Below are positions 36,817 through 47,263 of a DNA stretch of 64,000 bases, in pieces. A program made the translations under genes and the position numbers. Below the pieces are notes generated by a model, which saw nothing but the letters and a program-made list of their open reading frames with translations, had not been told where the DNA came from and did no database searches. How positions within the stretch are numbered: position 1 is the first letter of the stretch; every line of letters begins with the position of its first letter. This stretch comes from Macrostomum lignano (lineage: Eukaryota), in contig NIVC01001881.1 in the NCBI GenBank assembly GCA_002269645.1, positions 124,001 through 188,000 on the forward strand, in the 5' to 3' direction.

Positions 36817-39800
36817 GGCAGGCAGACAGAATGACAGACACACAGACAGACAGACAGAATGACAGACAGACAGACACACAGACAGACAGACACACACAGA
36901 CAGACAGACAGACAGAAAGGCAGACAGAATGACAGACACACAGACAGACAGAATGACAGACAGACAGACACACACAGACAGACAGACAGACAGACAGGCA
37001 GACAGAATGACAGACACACAGACAGACAGAATGACAGACAGACAGACACACAGACAGACAGACACACACAGACAGACAGACAGACAGACAGGCAGACAGA
37101 ATGACAGACACACAGACAGACAGAATGACAGACAGACAGACACAACCAATGATTTGGTACCAATGATGCAGCATTAGCTTTTGCGGTATGGGCCTTAGGG
37201 TAAAAATGGCACCCTATAAGTGTAAATTAAAAATCGCCACTGAACTCCTTGAACTCCAGCCACGCCACTAAGCTGAAGTATCCGTGGGTGGAGTACAATC
37301 CAGAACTTACTCCTGAGCAACTAGTCGCCTTCGCCAAAGAAGTCGACCGCCTCACAGCCCTTGCCGACCTTCGACCTGCCGATGCCGACGCTAACAATTA
37401 TCGCACCTGTCTGGCTTACGACGTTAAAATGTGCAGACACGAGAACCTGCTAGACCGGAGCCACCCGGAACTGCCTAGGCGCATTGTGTACATCTACGAT
37501 CAGCTGTGCGCCAAAGGCCTGTCTGGACTGTGCCGATTTGCCAGCTCGCGCAGATGCACAGACGAAGAGGCGATGCTGTTTCATACTCGCGACAATCTGG
37601 ACATGATGGCCGCTTGGAGAAATTTGGACTCGGAGAGCGACAGATTTGCCGAGTTGCAAAGTCGATTTGATTCACTTTATGTGCATCCGGTGAGATGTTT
37701 GAAACTGTAATTAACCTGCCTCTAAACCTTTTTATAGGGCGAAAATTCTTGTCTATTACATAGGAGTGAGATTTCCCAAATCTTTAGGTGAGAGATTTCC
37801 AAGTGTGTCTCATTGTGTCTGTGCGAGATTTCCAAGTCTGTCTCAGTCTGTTACTGTGAGATTTCCTGACTCCTTAGATGTGAGGTTTCCCGAATCCTTA
37901 GAGGATCTAATCTAATCGAATCCTTAGAGATGAGATTTCCCGAATCCTTAGAGGTGAGATTTCCCGAATCCTTAGAGGTGAGATTTCCCGAATCCTTAGA
38001 GGTGAGATTTCCCAGATCCTTAGAGGTGAGAATTCCCGAATCCTTAGAGGTGAGATTTCCACGTTTTTCTCAATCTGTCACTGTGAGATTTGCAAGTGTG
38101 TCTCATTATGTCAGTGTGAGATTTCCAAGCTTGTCTCACTCTGTTAGGTGAGATTTCTAAGGAATCTGTCAGTTTCTAAGGCAGATATCCAATACTAACC
38201 CAATCTAATTGCGATGAGAGTTGATCCAGTCGAAAACCCGCAACCGATTTTTCAGCTGTCCTACGATGCCGCTCAGCTGAGCTGCGGCACTCTGCTCTCA
38301 GTGGTGGAAGAAGTTTGCTCCGGCCGCAGCAGAAACGGTTACGCAATAGTCCGCCCGCCTGGGCATCACGCAGAATCCGACAAGCCTCGAGGCTTCTGCT
38401 TCATCAACAATGTAGTGGTGGCGGCTCGTTACGCTCAGACTAAACATTCTAATAAAGTACGCCGCGTACTTATCCTAGACTGGGACGTGCATCACGGAAA
38501 CGGAGTTCAAGACGCTTTCTATAGTGACGACTCTGTGCTGTACATCAGCCTGCACCGCTACGACTTTGGTCGCTTCTATCCTGGTAGTAGCGGCGCTAAG
38601 GAGAATGTCGGCTGCGACAAAGGATTGGGGTACAATGTTAATGTGCCCTGGAATGTGAGTCAGTTCTAATGTTATGGTAGTGGGTCCGGATTCTGGGTCA
38701 AGGGGTCCAGATTCAGGGTCAGTGAGTCTAGATTCTGGGTCAAGGGGCCAGATTCTGACTCAATGGGTCTAGATTCTGACTCAATGGGTCTAGATTCTGA
38801 CTCAATGGGTCTAGATTCTGACTCAATGGGTCTAGATTCTGACTCAATGGGTCCAGATTCTGACTCAATGGGTCCAGATTCTGACTCAATGGATCTAGAT
38901 TCTGACTCAATGTTTCTAGATTCTGACTCAATGGGTCCAGATTCTGGGTCAGTGAGTCTAGATTCTGGGTCAGTGAGTCTAGATTCTGGGTCAAGGGGCC
39001 AGATTCTAACTTAATGGGTCCAGATTCTGACTCAATGGGTCCAGATTCTGACTCAATGGGTCTAGATTCTGACTCAATGGGTCTAGATTCTGACTCAATG
39101 GGTCCGGATTCTGACTCAATGGGTCCAGATTCTGGGTCAGTGAGTCTAGATTCTGGGTCAAGGGGCCAGATTCTGACTCAATGGGTCTAGATTCTGGGTC
39201 AGTGAGTCTAGATTCTGGGTCAAGGGGCCAGATTCTGACTCAATGGGTCCAGATTCTGACTCAATGGGTCTAGATTCTGACTCAATGGGTCCAGATTCTG
39301 GGTCAGTGAGTCTAGATTCTGACTCAATGGGTCCAGATTCTGACTCAATGGGTCCAGATTTTGACTCAATGGGTCTAGATTCTGACTCAATGGGTCCAGA
39401 TTCTGGGTCAGTGAGTCTAGATTCTGGGTAAAGGGGTACAACTGGGTCAGTGGGATAACGATTTTGAGTAAATGAATCTAAATTCTGGGTCGGTGAGTCT
39501 AGATTCTAGGTCAATGGGTTGAGAGTGTAGGTCAATGGGTCCAGAATCTGGGTCGGTTAGTCCAGATTCTAGGTCAGTGGGATGGACGTTCTGGGTCGGT
39601 TAATCCAGATTCTGGGTCAGTGGGATTTAGATTCTGGGTCAGTGGGATTTAGATTCTGGGTCAGTGGGATTTAGATTCTGGGTCAGTGGGATTTAGATTC
39701 TGGGTCAGTGGGATTTAGATTCTGAGTCAGTGGGATTTAGATTCTGGGTCAGTTGAGATTCTGGGTCAGTGAGTCTATATTCTGGGTCAAGGGGTACAAC

Positions 39801-41899
39801 TTCTGGGTCAGTGGGATTTAGATTCTGTGTCAATAGATACAGATTCTGGGTCAGTAAGTCCAGATTCTGTGTCAGTGGGATTTGAGGTTCTGGACCAGTG
39901 GGGATTAAGATTCTGGGTCACTCAATGAAAACCTCAGGATTCCAATGATCAATCATACAGTCACCCGTCCCAAGTTCAATTCTCAGCCTCAACTTTGCCC
40001 CCCCACCCACCTGCACTCTCAAATGCACAGGGCAGAGTCGGGGACGCCGAGTACTTGGCCGCTTTCCACCACATTGTGCTGCCAATTGCTCAGTCGTTCA
40101 ATCCCGACCTGGTCCTGGTCTCCGCTGGCTTCGACGCAGCAGTTGGCGACCCGCTGGGCGGATTAAAGCTCACCCCTGCCTGCTACGGTCACCTGGCTCA
40201 CCTGCTGTGCGGCCTGGCTGGTGGGCGGGTCGTGCTGGCGCTGGAGGGTGGCTACAATCTGGCGTCTATTGGCGAGGCCTCGTGCCATTGTGTGGCTTCT
40301 CTGCTGGGCCTGCCGCCCCTGCAGCTGCCCAAGCAGCTGGTGCCAAACGTTCAGTGAGCTGATGGGTTCTATTCGCATTCTATCCTGATTCTATTCGACT
40401 TCTATCCAGATTCTATTCGCATTCTATCCTGATTCTATTCGACTTCTATCCAGATTCTAATCGGGTTCTATCCAGATTCTATTCGACTTCTATCCAGATT
40501 CTATTCGCATTCTATCCAGATTCTAATTGGATTCTATCCAGATTCTATTCGACTTCTATCCAGATTCTATTCGCATTCTATCCAGATTCTAATCGGGTTC
40601 TATCCAGATTCTATTCGACTTCTATCAAGATTCTATTCGCATTCTATCCAGATTCTAATCGGGTTCTATCCAGATTCTATTCGACTTCTATCCAGATTCT
40701 ATTCGGATTCTATCCAGATTCTAATCGCATTCTCTCCAGATTCTAATCGGATTCTATCCAGATTCTGATTGGATTCTATCCAGATTCTACTCGGATTCTA
40801 TCCAGATTCTAGTCGGATTCTATCCAGATTCTAATTGGATTCTATCCAGATTCTACTCAGATTCTATCCAGATTCTAATCGGATTCTATCCAGATTCTAA
40901 TCGGATTCTATCCAGATTCTAATCTGATTCTATCCAGATTCACTCTCGTGTTCAATATACATTCGACCAGACGTATATTTGATTGATATTTATTAAATCC
41001 AATATTAAAACTTTTCAGTGGTGTCAGAGCAATCAGGGAAGTGATCGATATTCACAAGGCTTATTGGAAGCATCTTAAGTTTTCAGGTATGAGTTTTGCT
41101 TAAAATATTGTGAATAAAGGCATATTTTTGAGTTGCTAAATTTTAATTCCAGATGACATCCCGAACTGGGTGACCAGCCTGCCAGAGGATGCTAATAGGT
41201 GAGAGGTTATTTTTTTGTTTTTTTATAGTCTAGCCACGCAGACATATGTACAATGCGTTTATTGGGTCTAGTAGCACAGATCCGCTTTTACGTTCATTAT
41301 TGTTCAGTTTAAAAGCATTGACGTATAGAATTAATACTGTGCAGACTAATATGTTTCATTAATTCCCTCTCGTAACCCCGTGCAGATCAGCTGACAGCGT
41401 CAACACTTCGGTGGACCAGCTGGCCCGAGAACTCGACAATTTGGACGTTTCCGCCGCCGCAACGTCGGTGACAGACTTCATCGAAGCTTCTTCAACTGCT
41501 GCTGCTGCTGCTGCTTCTGGCGGAGCTGTCGGCGGTTTTGAATTTCTTCTTCTAGAGGATCAGCAATTTTTTGCCGTTCATCCTCGATCGGATTGTCCTC
41601 ACGTGATCCAGCCGAGTCACGTGACTCGCATAGCCGACGGTCGCGGAGTTGACGCTCGAGCAGTCTGTCAGACTTGCTCGGATGGCAGCGAGAACTGGCT
41701 CTGCCTGGCCTGCCTGGAGACCCACTGCGGCAGGTACGTGTCTAAGCACATGCTGAGCCACAGCGAGTCTACTGGCCACGTCATCGCTCTGTCATTTAGC
41801 GATCTGTCTGTGTGGTGCTACCACTGCGACTCGTACATTGTGTCGCCTGTGGTGGAGCCGTTCATTGCCGCGGCTGCCAGGTCCAAGTTTGGCGAATAA
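25010..41899 (+). CDS. HDAC6: Histone/tubulin deacetylase HDAC6: two class IIb catalytic domains plus C-terminal zf-UBP
   Basis: Exons: 25010-25096, 25197-25228, 25600-25741, 26574-(26696 or 26711), possible microexon 26771-26785, 26827-27029, 34047-34308, 35376-35435, 35521-35610, 36175-36404, 37260-37689, 38256-38654, 40031-40353, 41019-41086, 41153-41198, 41386-41899. Both domains keep RPPGHHA, DWDVHHG, SAGFD and LEGGY. The zf-UBP reads CPH...CQTC...ENWLCLAC...CGRYV..HM..H...H...[17 protein letters not shown]. Confidence 0.95.
25759..26128 (-). mobile_element. Full-length tRNA-derived SINE (370 bp) with A-rich tail and 10-bp TSD
   Basis: The minus-strand head GGGGCCGTAGCCCAGCGGTAGCGC...GGCTCGATTCC carries Pol III A and B boxes but no acceptor-stem pairing. 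The tail is AATAATAAATAAAATAAAA. The TSD TTTGTCTGTG lies at 25749-25758 and 26129-26138. Confidence 0.85.
27090..27481. repeat. 29-bp minisatellite (CGTGTCTATTTATAGCTCTTTGGGAATCC)n
   Basis: Tandem copies in an HDAC6 intron; the hAT element is inserted in the last unit. Confidence 0.92.
28372..28404. repeat. Short interstitial telomeric tract (CCCTAA)5
   Basis: TAACCCTAACCCTAACCCTAACCCTAACCCTAA. A degenerate counterpart lies at about 28790-28840 in a duplicated block of about 460 bp. Confidence 0.85.
29385..30262. repeat. 22-23-bp minisatellite (ACATGACGCTTCTATGATTGTTT)n inside the hAT element
   Basis: Direct tandem copies. Confidence 0.95.
30325..30390 (-). mobile_element. tRNA-like SINE head fragment (paired with 32905-32970)
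   Basis: Minus-strand B-box-like GGTTCGAAT; shares CTCTAGGCTAGCTCTCAT with the second copy. Confidence 0.4.
30675..32835. repeat. 48-bp (2x24) minisatellite (ATCGAGTGCAGTAATCCTTGGTTTATTAATAGCAATAATCCTTGGCTT)n inside the hAT element
   Basis: About 44 units with variant blocks. Shortened units near 30955, 31265 and 31625 break the reading frames. Confidence 0.96.
32905..32970 (-). mobile_element. tRNA-like SINE head fragment
   Basis: Minus strand GAGCTAGCCTAGAGCTG...CCTGGGTTCGAATC contains A- and B-box-like motifs. Confidence 0.45.
33350..33502 (-). mobile_element. Possible Helitron-like terminal fragment nested in the hAT element
   Basis: The minus strand reads ACTAATACTAAAAATG...CTCCCGAACGGCTCAACCGATTTTCTTCAAACTT, resembling non-autonomous Helitron-type 5' regions. 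Confidence 0.3.
34350..35320. repeat. About 20-bp minisatellite (GAGATGAGATTGGAGCTTGG)n in an HDAC6 intron
   Basis: Tandem copies with 29-bp variants. Confidence 0.92.
35672..36132. repeat. 24-bp minisatellite (GGGGAAGACAATCACAGGTAATTA)n in an HDAC6 intron
   Basis: Tandem copies; a degenerate relative lies at 22805-22900. Confidence 0.95.
36625..37145. repeat. (CAGA)n compound microsatellite in an HDAC6 intron
   Basis: Direct reading. Confidence 0.97.
37765..38160. repeat. 24-bp minisatellite (GAGATTTCCCGAATCCTTAGAGGT)n with degenerate flanks
   Basis: Clean copies at 37915-38060. Confidence 0.85.
38680..39920. repeat. 21-bp minisatellite (AGATTCTGACTCAATGGGTCT)n in an HDAC6 intron
   Basis: Direct tandem copies. 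Confidence 0.95.
40365..40940. repeat. About 20-21-bp minisatellite (ATTCTATCCAGATTCTAATCGG-like)n in an HDAC6 intron
   Basis: Direct tandem copies. Confidence 0.93.
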
Positions 41900-41966
41900 A
41901 TTTTGCTATGCGAATATGCACTACTGATGTCAGACTGTCCGGCTTTAATTATATTCTAAGATAATC

Positions 41967-41972
41967 AATAAA
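41967..41972 (+). promoter_or_regulatory. Candidate HDAC6 polyadenylation signal AATAAA
   Basis: AATAAA lies 68 nt after the stop codon and is followed by a T-rich tract. Confidence 0.45.
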
Positions 41973-42164
41973 ATCATATCTAATTGTTACTGTTTTGCTG
42001 AATTTTATTATTTTTATTTTATTATAATCTTATTTTATGCTGCAGATGAAATTAAAATTCCCTACTTGAAATCTGGTTAATTTAATTGATTAATTCGGCA
42101 AGTTTGAAAATCAATATATTGAAATGCATAACGTTGTTGCTTCATTGTCTAGTTGTTTTAGGGG

Positions 42165-42260
42165 CTGATCTCCAAGGCACAGAGAGTGTACATGCCTGAC
42201 GATTAGGGCCACTGTACACCCTGTGTGAGCGTGTGTGTGACTGCGTGCTTGCATACAGTA
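42165..42260 (+). mobile_element. Headless fragment of the SINE family seen at 25759-26128
   Basis: CCAAGGCACAGAGAGTGTACATGCCTGACGATTAGGGCCACTGTACACCCTGTGTG matches the reverse complement of about 25890-25980. Confidence 0.65.
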
Positions 42261-42616
42261 TTGGAAGTTAGTGGAATGGGCAGAAGTGGTGTGTGGGGGA
42301 CACAGCCGTCCTGCAAATATTTGCTATTTATTGTTTCGTGGGAAACAAGTATTTTCTTGGTGCTTTCACAACTGGCAAATTTAAGCAAACTGAAAAGCAA
42401 CAAGTGAAACATGAATTGCTGCGCTCTCTGTGCTGGATAGTGCTTCACCTTGCGGATTTATTTCCAACATACCGTCTCAAAAGAGATCGGTAAATTTTGG
42501 GGTAGTTCTACGCAGGTATACAATTTTGTAATGCATTCAAAAGTTTAGATGTATTTGTCTTGACTACAGGTCGATGGTTGCTTTCGTCGACTCGTCTATT
42601 TCATTTGGTGTTTTGC

Positions 42617-43864
42617 TTAGTACAGATAGGCAGGTACAAGCCATTTTTTGTTCCTGAAGCCGTCGGAGAGCCACTTCTTGTTCCTGAAGCCGTCGGAGGG
42701 CCACTTCTTGTTCCTGAAGCCGTCGGAGAGCCACTTCTTGTTCCTGAAGCCGTCGGAGAGCCACTTCTTGTTCCTGAAGCCGTCGGAGAGCCACTTCTTG
42801 TTCCTGAAGCCGTCGGAGAGCCACTTCTTGTTCCTGAAGCCGTCGGAGAGCCACTTCTTGTTCCTGAAGCCGTCGGAGAGCCACTTCTTGTTCCTGAAGC
42901 CGTCGGAGAGCCACTTCTTGTTCCTGAAGCCGTCGGAGAGCCACTTCTTGTTCCTGAAGCCGTCGGAGAGCCACTTCTTGTTCCTGAAGCCGTCGGAGAG
43001 CCACTTCTTGTTCCTGAAGCCGTCGGAGAGCCACTTCTTGTTCCTGAAGCCGTCGGAGAGCCACTTCTTGTTCCTGAAGCCGTCGGAGAGCCACTTCTTG
43101 TTCCTGAAGCCGTCGGAGAGCCACTTCTTGTTCCTGAAGCCGTCGGAGAGCCATTTCTTGTTCCTGAAGCCGTCGGAGAGCCACTTCTTGTTCCTGAAGC
43201 CGTCGGAGAGCCACTTCTTGTTCCTGAAGCCATCGGAGAGCCATTTCTTGTTCCTGAAGCCATCGGAGCGCCACTTCTTGTTCCTGAAGCCATCGGAGAG
43301 CCATTTCTTGTTCCTGAAGCCATCGGAGAGCCACTTCTTGTTCCTGAAGCCATCGGAGAGCCACTTCTTGTTCCTAAAGCCATCGGAGAGCCATTTCTTG
43401 TTCCTAAAGCCATCGGAGAGCCACCTCTTGTTCCTGAAGCCGTCGGAGAGCCAATTCTTGTTCCTGAAGCCGTCGGAGAGCCACTTCTTGTTCCTGAAGC
43501 CGTCGGAGAGCCACTTCTTGTTCCTGAAGCCGTCGGAGAGCCACTTCTTGGTTTCTTGTCGATAGTCTGCCACCTCATGGACTCCGGTTACTCCATCCTT
43601 GGTCTGTAAAAATGAAGTTGAAATTTAAATAGCACTTCAACCCAGAATGGCCATAAATTTCTATAACTGTCTAAATCGAATTTCGCACTTACGATGTCAC
43701 CTGAGGCCCCGTCGACAGAAGCAGTTGAGAATGCAAGAACTGAAAATGGTAATGATGCGAATCAAGCAACGTGAAACTTCATTAAACCTTGGAATAAGCA
43801 AATACGAGCGATGTGCCATGATGCACATACCACAAGCGGCAACAAGCCAAGCAGTTGGTCGCAT
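42617..43864 (-). CDS. Neuropeptide-type prepropeptide with 30 KK-flanked WLSDGFRN copies, 3 exons, 355 aa
   Basis: Exons 43864-43831, 43739-43693 and 43603-42617; introns of 91 and 89 nt with GTATGT/GTAAGT donors and CAG acceptors, phase-consistent. Product: MRPTAWLVAACVLAFSTASVDGASGDITKDGVTGVHEVADYRQET(KKWLSDGFRN)x30KKWLVPAYLY. Recurrent repeat variants are synonymous in this frame. Confidence 0.85.
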
Positions 43865-44747
43865 CTTTGCCGGTGTTGCAAGAACACTGTTCGTTTAGTT
43901 TTATTATTTTCTTTAAATTCTGACAAAGAGGTTGGATTTTATTCAGCTGATTGAAGTCTCTTGATTCCTTGACTCAGCGAAGGAAAAGCGAAGGTATTTC
44001 GCAGACTTACATGGAGGCGTCCATGCGCCTCCGCTCCGCATCCAGTTAAAGGTCTTGTCGGTGCTTCGACCAATCAGAAATGTTCGCCCAAATTTATCAG
44101 TTTTAACGACAGTGAAGCCGCCTGCCAAGTTAAAACAGTCAGTTTTAACGCATTTTTCGTTGTGTCAATAGTTGAATTTCCGTTTAAACAAAAATGCATT
44201 GTTTGAGTTGTATAAGGTTCTAGAGTGAATGCAGTGTCTGTGCTGATTCCCTTGCAAAATTCTGCATAGAAAACTGCTGTCAAAGTTAATTTGGCAGCCG
44301 GTTCCGCCTTCGTCAGCTGTGCTCAATTTTCCGTGTATATCAAATTCTTCATCAAACTATATTCTGCTGGGGAACACAGATTGCTTGGCCCGGTAAAGGA
44401 GCCTCCTGATTGAATTTCCTGCATAGCTTGGCTTCTCCCGGAACAATATGTGCTCTTCTAGCGGAGCCTTGCATGGCTTGACTTTGGCTTGTTCGAGATG
44501 CAATCTGCATGCGTCCAAGAGTTGCTTGCAACATTGATCAGATTAAGCGGCCACTCTTTCAGGGCAATCTTTTCGGCTATTCAGGTCGAGGTTCAGATTG
44601 TTTAATCGCAACAAAGTACACCATATATTTCAACATGAATTTTCAGTAACATAACACTCGTTCACCCGACCGTCAAATCAGTCATCGAAAAAAGTCAAGA
44701 CGCCCGGTTAGCATTTTAGTATACTCCCGTCGTGTCCTAAGAAAAAT

Positions 44748-45345
44748 ATGGCCACTTCAGGACATAGGTTTCCACTTCAGGACATAGGTGGCAACTTCAG
44801 GACATATGTGGCCACTTCAGGACATAGGTGACCACTTCAGGACATAGGTGGCCATGCACTTCAGGACATAGGTGGCCACTTCAGGACATAGGTGACCACT
44901 TCAGGACATAGGTGACCACTTCAGGACATAGGTGGCCACTTCAGGACATAGGTTGGCACTTCAAGACATAGGTGGCCACTTCAGGACATAGGTGGCCACT
45001 TCAGGACATAGGTGGCCACTTCAGGACATAGGTGGCCACTTCAGGACAATAGGTTGGCACTTCAGGACAATAGGTTGGCACTTCAGGAATAGGTTGCCAC
45101 TTCAGGACATAGGTGGCCACGTCAGGACATAGGTGGCCACTTCAGGACATAGGTGGCCACTTCAGGACATAGGTGGCCACTTCAGGGCATAGGTGGCCAC
45201 TTCAGGACATAGGTGGCCACTTCAGGACATAGGTGGCCACTTCAGGACATCGGTGACCACTTCAGGACATAGGTGGCCACTTCAGAATATAGTTGCCTAC
45301 TTCAGGACACACGTGGCCAATTCAAGACTCGGCTGGTCACTTCAG
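44748..45345. repeat. 20-bp minisatellite (GGTGGCCACTTCAGGACATA)n
   Basis: Direct tandem copies. Confidence 0.95.
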
Positions 45346-47263
45346 GATACATGTGTTTACATGCACTTTAGGATATAGGGTGTCTACATGTGTATGTAAT
45401 TTAATTTCAATTTAAAAAAAGGAATTTACATTTAAAGTGTTCGATATTTAGTTTGCTTCTATCTTCCTTGCATTTTATCTTGATTGACCTACTTGGCTGC
45501 GATCGGAGCTTTCAACTTCTACTTAACATGCGGCCAGAGAAGTTTTTGGTGTCAGGTGTTAGCTTTCGGGCTCTTAATTGTGACCTCGCACTGAGTTACG
45601 AAGCTTGGAAGAAGCTAGCCAAGAAAGTCTGACTGAAAAAAAGGGATCGCCACGTATCGTGAAGTAATGATTTTTCGGTCGGATTTATTTAAAAGTTCTG
45701 TAAGCTCGTACAAGTGTAGAACACAAGGGCTAAAAGTGATAAGTTTAGGGACGGCTACTAATCGATCGATAGAAATGCCTGCGAGTGATTTTTTGTTCGT
45801 ATCCTTTTAAGGCCTTGGTAAATTCTAATATTCAATACATTGGGTCACTGAGTACAGATATATGGTTTATAGGCTCGTAAAAACAGCTATCAACTAAAAA
45901 GCAAAGGTCCGATAGCTATAGGTAATTAAATTTCAGGCAACAATGATAAGCAAAAACGCGTTTCTCAGCCAAATATCAATAATTTCTTAGCTTACTACTC
46001 ACTGAGACAGCTAAGTAGTATGAAAGTAGCGCATAAATTCTGGTAATTTCTCTATTTCCTAGAATATGCGGTGTGCCTATGGCAACAGAAAAAAATTAAT
46101 GTGGTTTGCGCGGGCATGAAAAGAGAGACAGGGACTGCGTGAGAGTTTTGTATTGCACATTGGTAGAAATATTAAGCAACGTACTGAGTTTGCTGGGTGA
46201 GCATATAGAGTATACACCAAAATGGAGAAGAGAGAATGACAGGGGTCGTTCGTTCAGCTAAAGCTATAGACTGCTTTTTAAAAGAGGCTCTTTAATTTAT
46301 TGCCAAGCTTCTGGCAGCAGAGACTTAGTGGTGTTGCCCCACAGGGGGCAGGGAGGGATAGAGCATGTACATGTACGTACAGTAGATACTAATAGCTATA
46401 CTCAAACGAAGCTCCGAGCTATACTAACTGCACAGCGTGAGGTACGTAGCAGCAATTATATGCGCAGATATAAGCTACTCGTAACCTCTCGTACAATAGC
46501 TCCGAATACATAAGACACAGCGCAAGAGTGCAGACATTTTGTAAAGCTTCACTTTCTGATCTTATTGTCGTAAGTTTCCAGCGTCTGACCCGCGCGACTA
46601 AATTAAGAGCATATCCAGAGAATCTTCTGTGGCCTGAAAACTGTAAGCTGCATGTTTGACCGCTGCTAAAGCTAGTTTACTGCATGCATTTAATATTTCA
46701 GCTCAAATTAATGGGGTACTGCTGCGAGGCAATTATGTCATATATAAGTTCGCTAGCTCCAAGCCACAGGGTGCCTCAAAACTTTTAAGCACCACTTTCT
46801 GCAAGCTATACCCACCAGCCCGCAATTATGAAGACCGCGGTTTCAAAGGGCATGCATCGTTTCGAAGATGGGTGGAGATTCAGATGGGCGAGCGACTGTC
46901 CAGATGTCCAGATCGATGCGTCTTGCCATCAGGCACAATTGAGATTCAAGCAGGTTTGCCTGCCGCACCTCCCGAATTCGGTACAAAGGACCCGACAGAA
47001 TTCCCGCTCCAAGTTTCACTCTCTCTGCGAAAGATGGCACAATTAAGTGTGACTATACGGAAGATGTACGTGCGACCCTGAGCTTTAGACTGAGCAGTTC
47101 TTGCGTCCGTCTTGTCCGCGAACTTATGACACAATTATCCCCCGTAGGGGTACTACGAGTACAGTAGTCATGCATTACAGAAAATTTCACCCCAAAAACA
47201 GAGTCCAGGAAATAACGGCCGATCGATCTCTTCCGGAAGCCAGCTACATAAAAGCACAATATA

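Noticed and set aside
42560-43609. Alternative frames of the 30-bp repeat (LVPEAVGEPL, QEQEVALRRL coiled coil, SGSPTASGTR)
   Set aside because: Only the KKWLSDGFRN frame is reached in phase by the spliced signal-peptide exons, and the recurrent variants are synonymous in it.
43940-44640. Possible coding or pseudogene fragments on the minus strand
   Set aside because: The open stretches are short, interrupted by stops, and have no recognisable motif.
46560-47250. 141-aa ORF upstream of the calmodulin-like gene
   Set aside because: It has a non-ATG start, no recognisable domain and no splice linkage.
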